A stretch of DNA of 57,336 bases, counting the filler, from Basidioascus undulatus (lineage: Eukaryota): NCBI GenBank assembly GCA_000826855.1. It is 4 parts of 4 records of this genome, joined end to end, with 100 filler letters (N's around TTAATTAATTAA, not from the genome) between each part and the next. Parts side by side here need not be neighbours in the genome. Positions count along the whole stretch, not along the records: positions 1 to 17,015 come from JTLS01000818.1; positions 17,116 to 30,469 come from JTLS01000819.1; 2 more parts are not named here. The stretch is one strand, 5' to 3'. Below, piece after piece: positions 12,964 to 25,355 of the stretch (its first letter is position 1; each line of letters starts with the position of its first letter). The notes under the pieces are model-generated. The model had not been told where the DNA came from and did no database searches. It saw only the letters and a program-made list of their open reading frames with translations. The translations under genes and the position numbers were made by a program.

Positions 12964-14874
12964 GCGGTGTCATGGACTTGTGCGCATCCGACATTTCGAG
13001 GACTCTGTCGTACGAGGAAGAGCGTGATGTAGAATTGGCATGATTCTGGGCGGTTGAGGGAAGGAGTATAGAGCAGGAAGCGACATGCTCACAGACAAGA
13101 ACCGGTGCAGGCGCACGTGGGCTTTGGCCTCCCTGCATATCGTCCTTGGCCAGGCCGCTCGCGACTGCCACGGCTCCCCATGGAAGCGGAAGCTAGGAGC
13201 TACAGGACTGTCCCTATACTGTACCCATTCTCGCCCCGCTATACACTTCTGAGAACTGACGAGCCTCGGACTTTCAGTCCTACATCTCCTGACAACAAAT
13301 TGCGGTCAGCATTCACGCAAGGCTCCCACGCGATCCAGCTTGTTCGAGGCGACACTTGCCCAAGAAGACCCTTGACGCTCTTTCCGAACGGTCAAACCAT
13401 CGTAATTTCAGCAGACGCGAAGTCAACCGCAACCAGCCGCGTTCCGCTGGAGCAACGTCGAGCCTGCGGTGAGATAAACAAAATCGCTAATGCGAGCATA
13501 CGGACTGGCATCAATGCGATCATGAATTCCAGAGATTTTTAGAGCGAGGAAGAAATGTATTTGCCGCAAGGACGGGAAAGCCTGCAACACGTCTCCTCAC
13601 GAACAGGCAGTGGGATGACTATGTTTGACTGTGAACGTGTGCTCTGCTACGCCCAGATGTCTTAGACAGTAAATTGTCCAGGCGGTTAACATCCAATAAT
13701 CTTATGTGTCACAATGTCAGCGTTCGGTCCGTTAAGTATGACTGGTACAAGGTTGTGCTGGCTAGGTCCGGAAGTGCACATAGTTCCAGCTTCATGTTTA
13801 CAACGCCAGTGGCCCAGCAGCGACCTTGACGACAGTCAGAAGATACTGTTGTGAGCCCAGAGCCCGTACAGCCAGACCTTGCCCACTCTGGGTCTGGCGG
13901 ATGCAGGGATCGGTTGCTGGGGCGACGATGAGCGGTAGCCACGTAAAGGAGGGCCTGCTACCGAGGCTTTCTTTGTCCTACTGACGCACCATGGGAAGGA
14001 ACACTGATCAGTGAACACCCTCCCGCGTCTTTGTGGGATGGGAGTTAGGACGGGAGGCTAAGCCCTCGGCGCAAAGCTCGAAGCTGCAAAGACTGCACCC
14101 GACTGTGGACGAATGAGCGAGCGTGCTAGATCCTGAGCCCAGCATTAGGGATCATGCCACAAACCCCTTGTTGGTATATTTATTTCGCCAGGCCCTGACC
14201 CTGAGAAGAAGTGCTTCAGGGTCAAGGTTAACGCACACAGGCGAAAGGCAGTTCGCTGCGTGCTGCACATAGGCAGCCTCCCTCCCTTCGCCTTGCGGCG
14301 GAATGCCTGCGAAATCAGCATCAACCAAAAGAGCACAGGCTGTGCGTCTGTTTCGTCCACATTGCAATTGGGCTAGTCGCTCGGATGCTCCTGACGCGAA
14401 CTGCGAGGAAAGGTGCAAGCCTTCCATCAGACTGTGAAAGACTTCATTGCTGCATGACTGAGTGGATGCCACTCAGTAACCAATTTTCGGGGTAAGCGAT
14501 GTGACTCACACCCGCAATGGTCGACAGTATTTTGATGTCCGGCATGGCACTCGCAAGTCACGATGCAATGCCCCGCCTGTCCCACAGGTTTGCACGGTTA
14601 GTTTCGAATTAATTGCAGGTTCTCTTGCAGACAGGTCCTCTTGCATTGATTCCTGCGCAACATGTTCTGCGTCCCGCAATTACCCCACGATCGCGAAGAC
14701 ACGTCCCGAAACTTCCGGGTCTGATTGAGAACGGCTTAGTAGATTGGCTGCCCCATAGAGCCCATGTACAGCATTTATCAGGATTTGGCCAAGAGATAGA
14801 ATGTATGTAACACAAGAAACATAAACCTCGAAAGTAAGTCACAAGACCGGCGTTGTCATGCGCCTCGAACCCCT

Positions 14875-15946
14875 TCACTCGAGCTCGATCTCCTTTGACA
14901 GGTCTTGCCACCTAAACCAGGGCCCCCATAATTCATGGCGCATCTTGTCCTCCACCCAATTCTCCATCCTGTCGGTTCGTCTCCGCTGTGCGAACTTGTC
15001 CGCGAGCCCATCCTCGAACGCCTGGACAGCCTGCCACCTCTGCTGGACCCACGTGTGGACGTCGTCGAGCATTTTCGCCAGCTTGTACTTCGTCCCAGCT
15101 CACATTCCAAAGTACTCTACGTACTCAGCAGGGTTGGTATGGGCATGCTCGAGGAGGGTGCTCGTCAGCGCGTCGTTCTGGAGCGAACGAAAGAAGCCAG
15201 CGTGCGCAGCGTGGAAGCGGACGATGTAGGCGGCGGGCATGCGCTTGCTCCATTCAATACAATCGCGGTCGAGGAGGAGGTCGCTGCCCCGGCCGTACAG
15301 CTGAGACGATGCGAGCTGAGCCATGTCGCGTAGGTCTGCGATGGCTGCGCAGGCGAGTACGCATTCGATCGAATATGTGAACGCGTTTGCGGAGAGGGTG
15401 TGCAGGAAGAAGCGAGAGATGTTCTCGCGTGCCCGCGGGATATCGTACTGACGGCGCGGATGAGGTCGACCCAAAGGGAGGCGGAGTTCATGAACGGCTC
15501 GAGGGTGCGCATAGCGTCCGAGACGTCTAGCTTGGTGAACTCGGGCACTGCCGCGAGGACGAACGAATCTTCGGAAAGCTTTATAGTGCGAAGATCAGAA
15601 GCAGGTCCAAGCAGGGAGCCCGAGGCGGAAGATCCTTCGATTTGTGGGACGGGCAGGTCCAGCATGTCGTCGAAGACTGACGAGGCAGCGCGGATATATT
15701 TGCAATGAACCTGGAAAGACGCCCAACGTTAGAATTGTTAGCCATGGGAGAGTCGTTGGGCACTCTACGAAAGACTGCGCTCACTTTGAAACCAACACCG
15801 TCCGACGTAATCAGGACCAGGTCCGCGTCCGCCACATCGAATGCGGTGTGGAACACGACTACACCCGGCCCTGGCCGCCTCAGCTTCTTGCGATGCGCGT
15901 CAGGGACGTCTGAGCCATGCGGGCCCTTGGACGAGAAAGAGGACTC
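14875..15946 (-). pseudogene. BTB/POZ-domain protein of the basidiomycete-expanded type, disrupted
   Basis: FHTAFDVADADLVLITSDGVGFKV|HCKYIRAASSVFDDMLDLP is a BTB N-terminus. The frame shifts near 15450 (LIRAV to QYDIPRAR, where 'xKYD' is expected) and there is an in-frame TGA at 15100-15102 (YFGM*AGTKYKL). 5' exon not resolved. Confidence 0.7.
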
Positions 15947-16744
15947 TATTTGATCGTAAGGGGGTCAGTATGAGGTGGCGGGGAACGAGACGAGGGTAGG
16001 AGGAGAACCTGGTCCGCACGGTTGAGGGCGGGTCTGCTGTCAGCCTAGCGAGCGGCAGTACGCCTCGGGCGCACAACGGACCACCTTTGCATGACCTGAC
16101 CCACTCTTTTCTTTCTTCGGAAGATCTGCATGGGAGAGGGAGTGGAAAATCGATTGAGGGAGAAACATTCATTCCACGAGGGTTCGGTTGGGTGGTCCTA
16201 CGGACAGGGAACCCAAACATAGGCTGCCGGAGGGATGAGACTGCTTTTCGCTCGTGCGCTTCATAAGGTTCTCGACATCGATGGGAATCAGTCGAACACA
16301 TTTATGGTCAGACAGCGCAAAGCCATGAGCGCGGCTTCCCAAACTCATCCTGAGGACCCCACCCTGCGCGAACATCATGCTCGAGTTTCAAAGATTCAGC
16401 TGCCAATGTGGAGTGAATCTTTTCCGTGGAATCGCAACATCCGCAGTCGAAGTGTTAACCCACCAAAATGCGAGCTCAATGAAGAGTGAGCTCCTCCCAG
16501 CTAGCTCGAAGCACTACGCAGCACCCGGGCCAGTTAGCGGCTGAAAAATCTGTCGAGGAAGGGGGATCATCATTCTCAATGCCTGCCTAACAATATCCTT
16601 CCGTCGCGCCCGTGAGGTTATTCCGTTGTTCTGCCAAGGTATCAACAGCAACAGCGGCAACCACCGCCATGCCGCATCGTCCTTTCCCGACCCGACCCTT
16701 GACACTCCCACTTCAGTCGGGCTCCTGTGGCTGCTCAGCGGCCC

Positions 16745-16978
16745 ATACACACACGCACGCATGTACGCTCATCCGAGTCCGAATCCCAATCCGAGGCAGA
16801 AAGAGAGCTGCACATAAGTCAATGTTCCGACACCCACCCAGAACACGCACATAAGTCAATGCACACCTCCCCCTGCTCCAGCACATGCACATGCACATGC
16901 ACATAATAAAAGGTCGTCCAAAACCCACATAATTAATGTTATCCCAAACCCCACATAATAAAGCCGTCCCAAGCCCGC
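16745..16978. repeat. Short-motif repeat cluster at contig end (GCACAT tandem; CACATAA-containing direct repeats)
   Basis: GCACATAAGTCAATG occurs twice, (GCACAT)x4, and CACATAATAAA..G(T/C)CGTCC-like units recur just before the gap. Confidence 0.6.
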
Positions 16979-17015
16979 TGCACGTCCACCTCCTCCTATC
17001 CCCCTCACCCCAACA

Positions 17016-17115
17016 NNNNNNNNNNNNNNNNNNNNNNNNNNNNNNNNNNNNNNNNNNNNTTAATTAATTAANNNNNNNNNNNNNNNNNNNNNNNNNNNNN
17101 NNNNNNNNNNNNNNN
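17016..17115. other. Artificial contig spacer
   Basis: 44 N + TTAATTAATTAA (17060-17071, stops in all six frames) + 44 N. Confidence 0.98.
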
Positions 17116-17425
17116 CGCTTTTGCTGACTTCTTTGCCCTTCCCTTGTACTTCCTTCACCCTCCCATCAGTCTCCTTCATCCTCCTCACTTGTCAAGGGGC
17201 ACAGAAGAAAGGGTGAGGCTCAGGCTCGGAAGCAAGTGAAGTCAAGGGGCACCGGGGGCGAGATTTCGCGACTGACGTCTTCTCGCTTGCCAGAGTCCTC
17301 GACGCGTCACGAAGCGCCTGCAGACCACAGCTTGCGACTCTCTCAGGCTACAATCAGAAAGCACACATATTTAAACATCAACAGCAAAACATTATGCCAA
17401 GTTGACAAAAGCATGCATCCGAATA

Positions 17426-19373
17426 TCAATCGAAGACGATCTTCTTTGGCTTCGCCCCGCCGCCCGCTGCCCCCGCCGCGGCGCTCTGCGCCTGAAGCTC
17501 CTTCTGCCTACGCTTCGCCTCCCACGACGGATGCAGCGGCTTGTCGTCCTTCTTCTTCGGCGCGCTTTCCGGCCGTTGGGGCGGTGGAGGGGCACTACCA
17601 CCGCGTCCGCGCCCGGCAGCACCAGCGAACCCGCCGCCTCGTCCTCCGCGCCCCGCACCGCCCCGGTCGCTCGTGCTGCCTCCGCGCCCACCGAACCCAC
17701 CCCTTCCGCCCCTCGTTGCTCCGCCCCGGGCACTCCGCCCTGCAGTCTGCGCCGCCGCGAACCCCGCCTCGCGCTGCTTCTTGGCGGCCGCGAACGCCTC
17801 ATCCCGCTGCTTCTTGACGTGGTTCGCGTTCCGGCCGTACTTCTTCTCCCAGATCCTGTCCCGCCCGCATCAGATCAGCTCCGACGCACCGGAGAAAAAA
17901 TGGTAGAGCAAGAAAGAGAAGTGGACGCACGCTTTCCGCGCGCGCTGACCGCGCCTGTTCTTCCGCGGCGCAACGACCTTCTCGGCGTCGCTGAAAGTGG
18001 ACGAAGCGTCCGAGTCGCCCGCGGCAAACCCGACGCCCGCGTCGAGCGAGTCGAAGAACTGGTTCCCGCCCTCCTCGTCGTCCTCATCCTCATCCTCCTC
18101 CTCACCGCTCACGCCCGGCTCCGGCATCTCGCCTTCGCCCTGGCCTTCGTCGTCCTCGTCGGGCCCGGAGGTGAATCCGGACGCGGGCGCGCCGGCAGAG
18201 GAAGAGGCGGCGGAGATCGTGCGCGAGGAAGTCCCTCCCCGCAGGGCGGCGCTCAGCTTGGCGGCGAGCACGGCGGCCGCGGCGGGGTCGAGCGGAGGGG
18301 GCTCGCGGTCGTCCTCGTCCTCGTCCTCATCGCCGTCTGAAGGCGAAGACTCCGAGTCGCCCTCGGACCCGGCGTCCTCGTCCGGCGGGCCAGCAGCGAC
18401 CTTCTTCGCCTTCTTCGCCGGCTTCTCCGCCTGCTCCTCCCCATCCTCCTCTCCCATCCCATGCCACTCCTCCACCACCGCCTTCGACCCCTCCACCTCC
18501 ACCTCAGCGGCCTCCTCTTCCGCCTCCGCTTTGGGGGGCACCAGCACGCCCTCCACGGTGCGGACAGCCCTACGCACCGTCTCGCTCACGCCCTGCATGC
18601 TCGCGAAGCGGAGCGCGAGCTTCCCCTCGAGCGGCGCCGGGGGGGGGAACACGAGCGGCGCGCCCGGTGGTGCGGCGGCCGTGAGCGCGGGCGGGAGGAG
18701 AGGGTGCGCGGCGAGCGCGGCGTGCTTGGACAGCTTGGAGAGGAACGCGTGCTGCAGCGCGGGGGTGGGGTCGAAGGCCTGCGATAGGGAGTTGAGTCGG
18801 TCAAAAGGTGTGGGGGTTTGGAGAACGGTTGCAAAAGAAAGGAGAAACGCACCTTGATTTCCTCGAGCTGTGACTCGAGCTCGGCCAGTTCCGACTCGGC
18901 CACGGGCTGGCCCTTGACCAGCTCGCCCTTCTCCTTCTTGGTCCTGTTGCACCCCACTCAGATCCATCAAGGACCCACCCACACCTTCCAAAACGAACAA
19001 TCGCACTCACCGCAACCCCTTGAGCTTCTTGCGTGTCCTCAGCTCCTCCGACCGCTTCGCGTCTTTCCCCGCCCGGCGGAGGTCGACAGTCAAAATGTGG
19101 TGCTGCCCAACCGTTTTTCACCGTCAGCCAGCTTCGACTCTCCAGACCAAGCAACAATCGACTCACCAGCTTCCCCTGCACCCTCTTCGACTTCGCCTCG
19201 TCGCTCTCCTCAACAGCAGCAGCGGGCGCAGCGGTCTCGCGCTTCGTGCGCTTCGCGGGCCGGGTCGCTGCGGGCTGCTTGTGACCATCAGCACGCCGTC
19301 TCGCCTTTGGAATCTGTAGATTAGCGCTTACCGCGTTCTTGCGCTTTTTGTTTGCCTGGGCTGGAGGTGCCAT
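17426..19373 (-). CDS. BUD22: Bud22/SRFBP1 family ribosome biogenesis protein
   Basis: Bud22 C-terminal signature APRKNRRGQRARKA|IWEKKYGRNANHV, an RGG-rich stretch, then DDKPLHPSWEAKRRQKE...PKKIVFD*. Acidic middle region. GT-AG introns keep frame. Confidence 0.9.
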
Positions 19374-21631
19374 TATCGCGTGAAGGAAGGACCCCCCAAG
19401 CACGCTCGGGCGTCAAAAGCGGGCGTCAAAAGCAAGTATTCCGTGGGAGCCGGTGAATAAGCTGCGTTGCTTCAAACACGTGAAGTCGAAGTCGACGGCT
19501 CTGCCGACCTGGGCAGGCACTGCAATTCGAAGTTGCGAACGCCGGAGTTGGTGATGGTATATAATCTGCAATAAATCTGAGGGACAATCTTGATAACCCC
19601 GGGTCTGGTTCGGCGCAGGGCCGTCTGAAAAGCATACTCTCGGCCTCATTGCAGTATCGATACCCGCCACCATCCTTGCCTTCGTTTCTCCTGCTGGCTG
19701 TGAAATTCTCCTTGTAAAGTTTCCCGAGATGGAGCTGAAGGCTCCATTTCTCGGCGGTGATGCATGTCTAAGGTCGGCGTTTCTCCGTATCACGTCCTGT
19801 CTGTTCGGTGTCGTTCCGCTCGCTGATTGTTAACAAGACACGGTCTGCAATAGACAGTTGAAATTGAGTTCAACTTGATAGATCAAATCCAAAGCTATCT
19901 CGCCCTAGTGCCCAGTTCCGGGTTTGGAACAGGACGGTGCAGTCAGGCGGAGTGATGTGACTGTCCTCGGGCCCTTGGGCTCAGTGTGTAGCTCCTGCTG
20001 ACTCGAACGTCGCGGTCCACCTGGCATCGTGACAAGTGGAGGTTCATGCTTGCATTTTTTCAGTGAGGCGCGTGGTGTGCGCTTTCGTTCAACGCAATGG
20101 GGAGTGCTTTATGGGGAGTGCCCAGGAGGTCGAACGCAGTGGCAGGCGTGTCGTCGTATCGTCGTTCTTCTGGCACATCCACCTCATTTATTGTTGAACA
20201 TAAAACAGCTTCCAGGTCTAATTTATTCCCAAGAGCAGAGCAGTTCAGTAACCACACATCTCTCCTCCTTCAAACCGATCTACCGCTACCCCGAGTTTGA
20301 CAGACCGACATGGCTGACGAGCTCACCCGTTACCGGTGAGTGTGTCGACCTGAGACCTAGGATAAGTGAGGATCCTATCTTGAGGTTATACGAGGGCTGC
20401 AAAGAGCTTCTGGGGGCCAGAGCTTCTGGTCGTGGAATCAGGGCGGAAATTGGTCTGGCACTGATGCTGCATTCCTCCTCCTCGACAGGCTCGAAATCGG
20501 CAAGCCAGTTGTCCTGTTCAAATAAATATGTTTGATTCTTGGTATCCTAGAATTAACTTGGAATAGGTTGTCAGGCAAGTAGTCCGTCACAAATCAGCTG
20601 CCTGAATCAATTCCTCACAAGGGCTGAACTCGACCGGTAGGTATAATACACAAAACACGTCCATCGACCAGGTCAGTCAGTTCGTATATACAGTCTATTC
20701 ACAAACTATTTCAACAATGGTTTGTTCTCAGACACCGACTGAGTGTGTACTCCCCGCCCCTGCATCTCGATATCTCGACTCCCTCCTTCCTCACGGCGAC
20801 TGCCTTTGCAGAGGATTGGCTCGATAGTGGACATCCTTATTACCCCCGTACCGGAAACTTCAAGACCAAAATGTGAGTCCATAGTGTTATTTCTCGAGGT
20901 TCAAAGGTGATCTGAATCAGGACATGCAGCTGTCGGACGAGGAGGACATCATCATCAGCGTACGTGAAAGGCGCGGAAACTGGAATGAATGAAAAAGGAA
21001 CCACGCTGATATGACGAGCTTGTATGTGCTTGTTATATGCTCAACAGAAGCCAACGAATGTCATCAGGGCTTGAAGCGGAGTGTCGTGGCGGGACGGGGG
21101 GACGACGCAGGTAGGAGGAAAGATGGCATGGAAACGCAACAGATCACTTAAGGAATGTTCTGGCCGCAAAGGATTTCAATTTGGGGTGGGATAGGTATTA
21201 CTTACAGCCTGAATTGAGGTGTAGGACAAAGGTCCGTTGGCGGGTCTTCCCAAAGGCTTTCGTGGACAATGGCCCACGCACACCTGTGCACCCGCATCAA
21301 AGTTGTTTCCACCGACCCTCGCGCCAACTTACCGGACTCCCTCCTCACACCGGTGCGAAATGCCAAGGCTATGCACCCGAGCCACTGGCGGTGAATCGTT
21401 CCAAACGCTCCACAGATGACTGACCATGTCCGCATTCCGGCCATGTCCACATTGCGAGCGCCGTGCGTCAATCGTTGACCACATCTGACCAGTCCAACAT
21501 GCACACGAGACTCCATGACCAGGCAGAATAAAGCGTCATGCAAGGTCTCGCGGAGTGGTTTGGGCGGGAGCGCCCACACACCAGCTTCACCTTCTTTTCG
21601 CAGGCCCACACCCACACCTAAAGTGATTCTT

Positions 21632-22745
21632 ATGAAGTACTTCTCTGGAATCCTTGCATACGTCGGTCTAGCAACGGTCGCCCTCGTGGCGGAGGCGCTG
21701 TCCTCTGCGCACCGAGCGGTGGATCGACTGGTTCCTCGCGGTGTGTCTCAAAGTCTTCATAGCTAATCTGATATGACCCGTTCCGATCATTGATTTCATA
21801 CAGATCTTTTCGATACTGACACTCATGAGTGCGGCACTTATTCCTCCCGTGTTAATGATAACTCACGTCCCTGTTAACACCCCTCCTTCCCGGCCCGCAG
21901 TGGCCAGGAAAACATTCTCGGCGAACTTCCCACCTCTCTAGCGCCTTCCCCTTCCTCCACAGACAGGACAGCCCTACTTTTTATTACCGACGTCTTCGGC
22001 TGGGCTTTCCCGTCTATCCGGCTCCTTGGGCGTTACTATGCCCACCACGCCGACGCGAACGTTTTCATATCTGTCTTCTTTTCGTGCGAGCACGCACCCT
22101 ACCTGCTCGGCGAGTACGAAGGTTGGGACACCCCCGAGATTTGGGAAGTACCCGCCACGGAGAAGCAAGGCCCGGTCACAGATCGCGGCGGTGGTGAAAG
22201 AGTAGAGGGGCAAGTATGGGAAAGTGGGCGCGTTGGGCATTTGCTGGGGGGCATCGGGAACGTTGTGGCTGGAATCAGGTGCAGACGAGGCCGAGGCGGA
22301 CGCTGTGGGGGTAGCTCACCCAACCGTTACGGAGACGGGTGACTACGAGGCGCTCACCAAGCCAGTGCTGCTGCTTACTGCCGGATGTGGGTCTGTTCCG
22401 CCAGTTCCTTCCTCTTGAGCTGCATACAAAGCTTATCGCGTCCGGATCTGCTTTTAACCTGATGACACGTATTTCCCCACGGAGCGGCTTAGTGCCGCAG
22501 AAGATGCGCTGCTCGCAAGAACGAGACGGTGTGGTCCCAGGAGGCGCTATTCGTGAATGTCCCTCACGGCTTCAGAACCCGGTAAGTAGCACTGTTAAGG
22601 AGAGACTTCTCGGTTCAGCTTAAATATATATTCACATAAATTGCCGCTGGACGTAGGGGCTCTGACCTCGGCGTCTATGCACCCGTGGCACAGATCGACG
22701 CTGCGCGGACGGTAGTGCCTTTTTCAGGCACTGGCTGCATTGAGT
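21632..22745 (+). pseudogene. Dienelactone hydrolase family alpha/beta hydrolase, disrupted, with signal-peptide-like first exon
   Basis: FITDVFGW..SIRLLGRYYA, nucleophile elbow VGALGICWGA (~22224-22253), VAHPT, KPVLLLTAG, VPHGF. One-base frameshift near 21980, another near 22140, in-frame TAG at 22203-22205. Confidence 0.75.
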
Positions 22746-23248
22746 TGCAAGAGGGGGCGGGTGGCAATTTCGGTTGCGGTTCTCTGTTGTCCTGCAAGAC
22801 GAATTGATGATCTATAGTGCCTGAGCTTGAAGATGGTCATTTCGTGCTCGACATCGGCGATGCGCTCGCGAGCCATCAGGTTGATCGTCCAGTACGCCGT
22901 GCTTGCGTTTTACGATATGCAAGCTGCGATCAGTGGCTGCATCTTACAACCATACAAGCAACTCCTACGAAAATTGGTGTAAGCAGAAACAGTGATGAAG
23001 GATCGCCGGAATCCGATGTCAAGCTAGAGGCCCTAGTAATTTCTGCGAACTTCGTTCGGCGAGGACGAGGACGGAGGGGCTGCGCGAGGACGTCGAAGAA
23101 GCAGGCTCGTCAACCGCCGGTTATGACCAGAGCTCCGTAATATTACTTATGGTATGACCTTTAGGCAGTTCTGGGAAGCTCGAGGCATCCATGACCCTCA
23201 GCCCATCGACGCGGTATAGCACTGCGAGTCGAGGGGCGGCCTTTTTCC

Positions 23249-23304
23249 TCATTTCCCATTCGGACGGTACCGACCTTCATTTCCCATTCGGACGGTACCG
23301 ACCT
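23249..23304. repeat. Perfect 28-bp tandem duplication
   Basis: TCATTTCCCATTCGGACGGTACCGACCT x2. Confidence 0.9.
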
Positions 23305-23852
23305 GTTACCCGACTCGTTAAGTGGAATGGAGATGTTCAATGGCCGACGGAGTGACGCACAGGATGGTAAAACATCTCGTTCTCCTGAACTTAGATCTCC
23401 AGCTGCGTTTCGCTCTCGAGTCGACTGCCGCTTCGTCACACCAACGCGGGGGCACCGCAAAGGCCCTCAAGCGTTCTCGAGAATGGCTTCCTTTACACCA
23501 TGTATCACTGACGAGAGTCTGTCGAGAAACCCGTAAAACCGTACTTGTTACCCTTGTAATATTCACGTCTGAGGAGCCTGCTGTGGCCGTGTTGGCTCAA
23601 CAGGCCGTAGTGCGATTCACTATTTCCACTCACTGCATCTCCATCACATTTGTATAGATTATTCAAACAACGTTTTGTCCCAACGAGCGGACTGCAAGAG
23701 TTAACGGCCAGGAAGGCGAAGACGCGTTCAATTGGACGGGACGACAAAAAACGACATGAAAAATGAAAGCGCATGCTCAAGTACAACTCCCTCCGCTCGC
23801 GAACATCTCTCTTAAAATTCAAATCACACTCATCGCTAGTAAACGAGGGCGA

Positions 23853-25355
23853 TCAAATAGCCTCCACGGGGGCGGGAATGGGCTTCTCAGCCAGCGGGGT
23901 GATGCGCAACGAGTGTCGGCGCGAGTCGAGCGGGCGGTCAGGAACAGCAGTATGCGCAACGACGCGCTGGTCGTACACAACCACCTTATTATTTCCCAGG
24001 AAACCGCGGTGTCGGTTGCAAAGCGCAGGCTTAACAGTGCAAAGTAAGGTGACCGACCATGCCAGGCTCCCAGCGAACGCGGGCAGAGAAGTCGTGGCCC
24101 TTGTGGATGTGGTTCGCAAGGAAGTTGACGACCTCCCGGCTCTCCTCCTCCTTGAACCCAAGGATCTGCGGGAGAGCGGTGATAAACCTGGGCGAGACGT
24201 AGAGGGACTTCTATCCCGTCACGCTGCGGGCATCGAAGAGCCACCATCTCGTTAGATCACGAAGTTTACACGGGATGTAAATGACTAGCCATTAATACTC
24301 ACGGGTGGACCGTCACGATGGGGTGCGGCGTCGGCCCATCGATAGGCTGCGCAGCTCAACGTGTTCAGGAGCGGATTGAGCTGCGAGCCGACCGTATGAA
24401 ACGCGTAGAGCCCGTGCAGGCGCTTGCGGTAGCCCTCGGAGAGCGCGTTGTAAGCGCCCGTCAGGGAGGAGAAGATCGTGTCTCCGCCAGATTCCGGACC
24501 CTCAGGACGGCGAAGAAGCTGGTGCCCGGGGGCTGCGACAGTAAGTGAGTTCTCAGCTGAAGCGAAACCGTGAACGGAGAAAGGCACTTGGCTGGCGTTC
24601 GTTGGTGTAGCCTTGGTGGCTGAAGAGAAGGTTTGTGTCAACGTTGGCTTTAATTGGAGCATTCAAGTAGATCTACTAACAAGCCAATGTAGCTGGTCCT
24701 TTCAGTCTGGGAGCGGCCTTTGACGCGACCATAGTCTCCCGGCTGGTCGTTGATGACCTATTTGTATGATCCAAGTGAGACCCCAGCTTCTTCTGTCTAA
24801 AGCTCGGTAACTGACCTGGAACTCTGGGTGGTCCTTGATGCTGTAGAAGTTCGGCGTCAGGTAGAGGGGGCCATAGTGCCTACAAAGGCGAGTGGGCTAG
24901 CTGTCATTTTCGACAGTTCAACTGTTGTCGAGAACGCACCTGGCCAGCTCGAGGAGTTTCTCGGGCTCCTCGTTGCCGCACTGTTGATCCTGGAAGACGA
25001 GCAAACGCGCTCGGCCGCGAGCAGCGCAAGCTCGTTTTTTCCATCCTCGTCAAGCTGTCCATCCCGCTACTGATCAGCCTGGCTCTGTTGCAGATCAGAC
25101 CAGAATGCGCCCACGTCGAGCTTGACGCCTTCGATCTCGGTTCTACCCATGTCAAAGTATCAAGCTCAGTAAGGAACGCTCGGCGGCTGCATCTGCATCG
25201 GTGTATACTTACCCAAGCGGGGGCGTAATGTCCCGGACTTTCGTAGCACCGCGGAGCAAGTTCGGCTTGGAAGCCTTGTTCCCGGGCTTGACGTCGAGGC
25301 CGGGGTCGTGGTGCTCGAATGGCTCATGGGCCTGGTTCTTGACTGCATATTTGGG
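23853..25355 (-). pseudogene. TauD/TfdA alpha-ketoglutarate-dependent sulfonate dioxygenase (Jlp1-like), disrupted
   Basis: EPFEHHDPG, DITPPLG..TEIEGV, ELALLAAER, PESGGDTIFSS..AYNALS, VTG*KSLYV..ILGFKEEES..VNFLANHI..DFSARVRWEPG, VYDQRVVAHTA...RRHSLRITPLAEKP. In-frame TAG at 24211-24213 plus frameshifts. Confidence 0.85.

Noticed and set aside
13000..14850. Several short ORFs between MRPL24 and the BTB pseudogene
   Set aside because: No motif, codon bias or consistent splice pattern I can support.
17060..17071. TTAATTAATTAA as a piggyBac TTAA target or regulatory palindrome
   Set aside because: Identical 12-mer centred in N runs three times; synthetic linker.
20718..20880. Short ATG-initiated segment with TATA-like upstream boxes and splice-like signals
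   Set aside because: Could not assemble a convincing reading frame or recognise a family.
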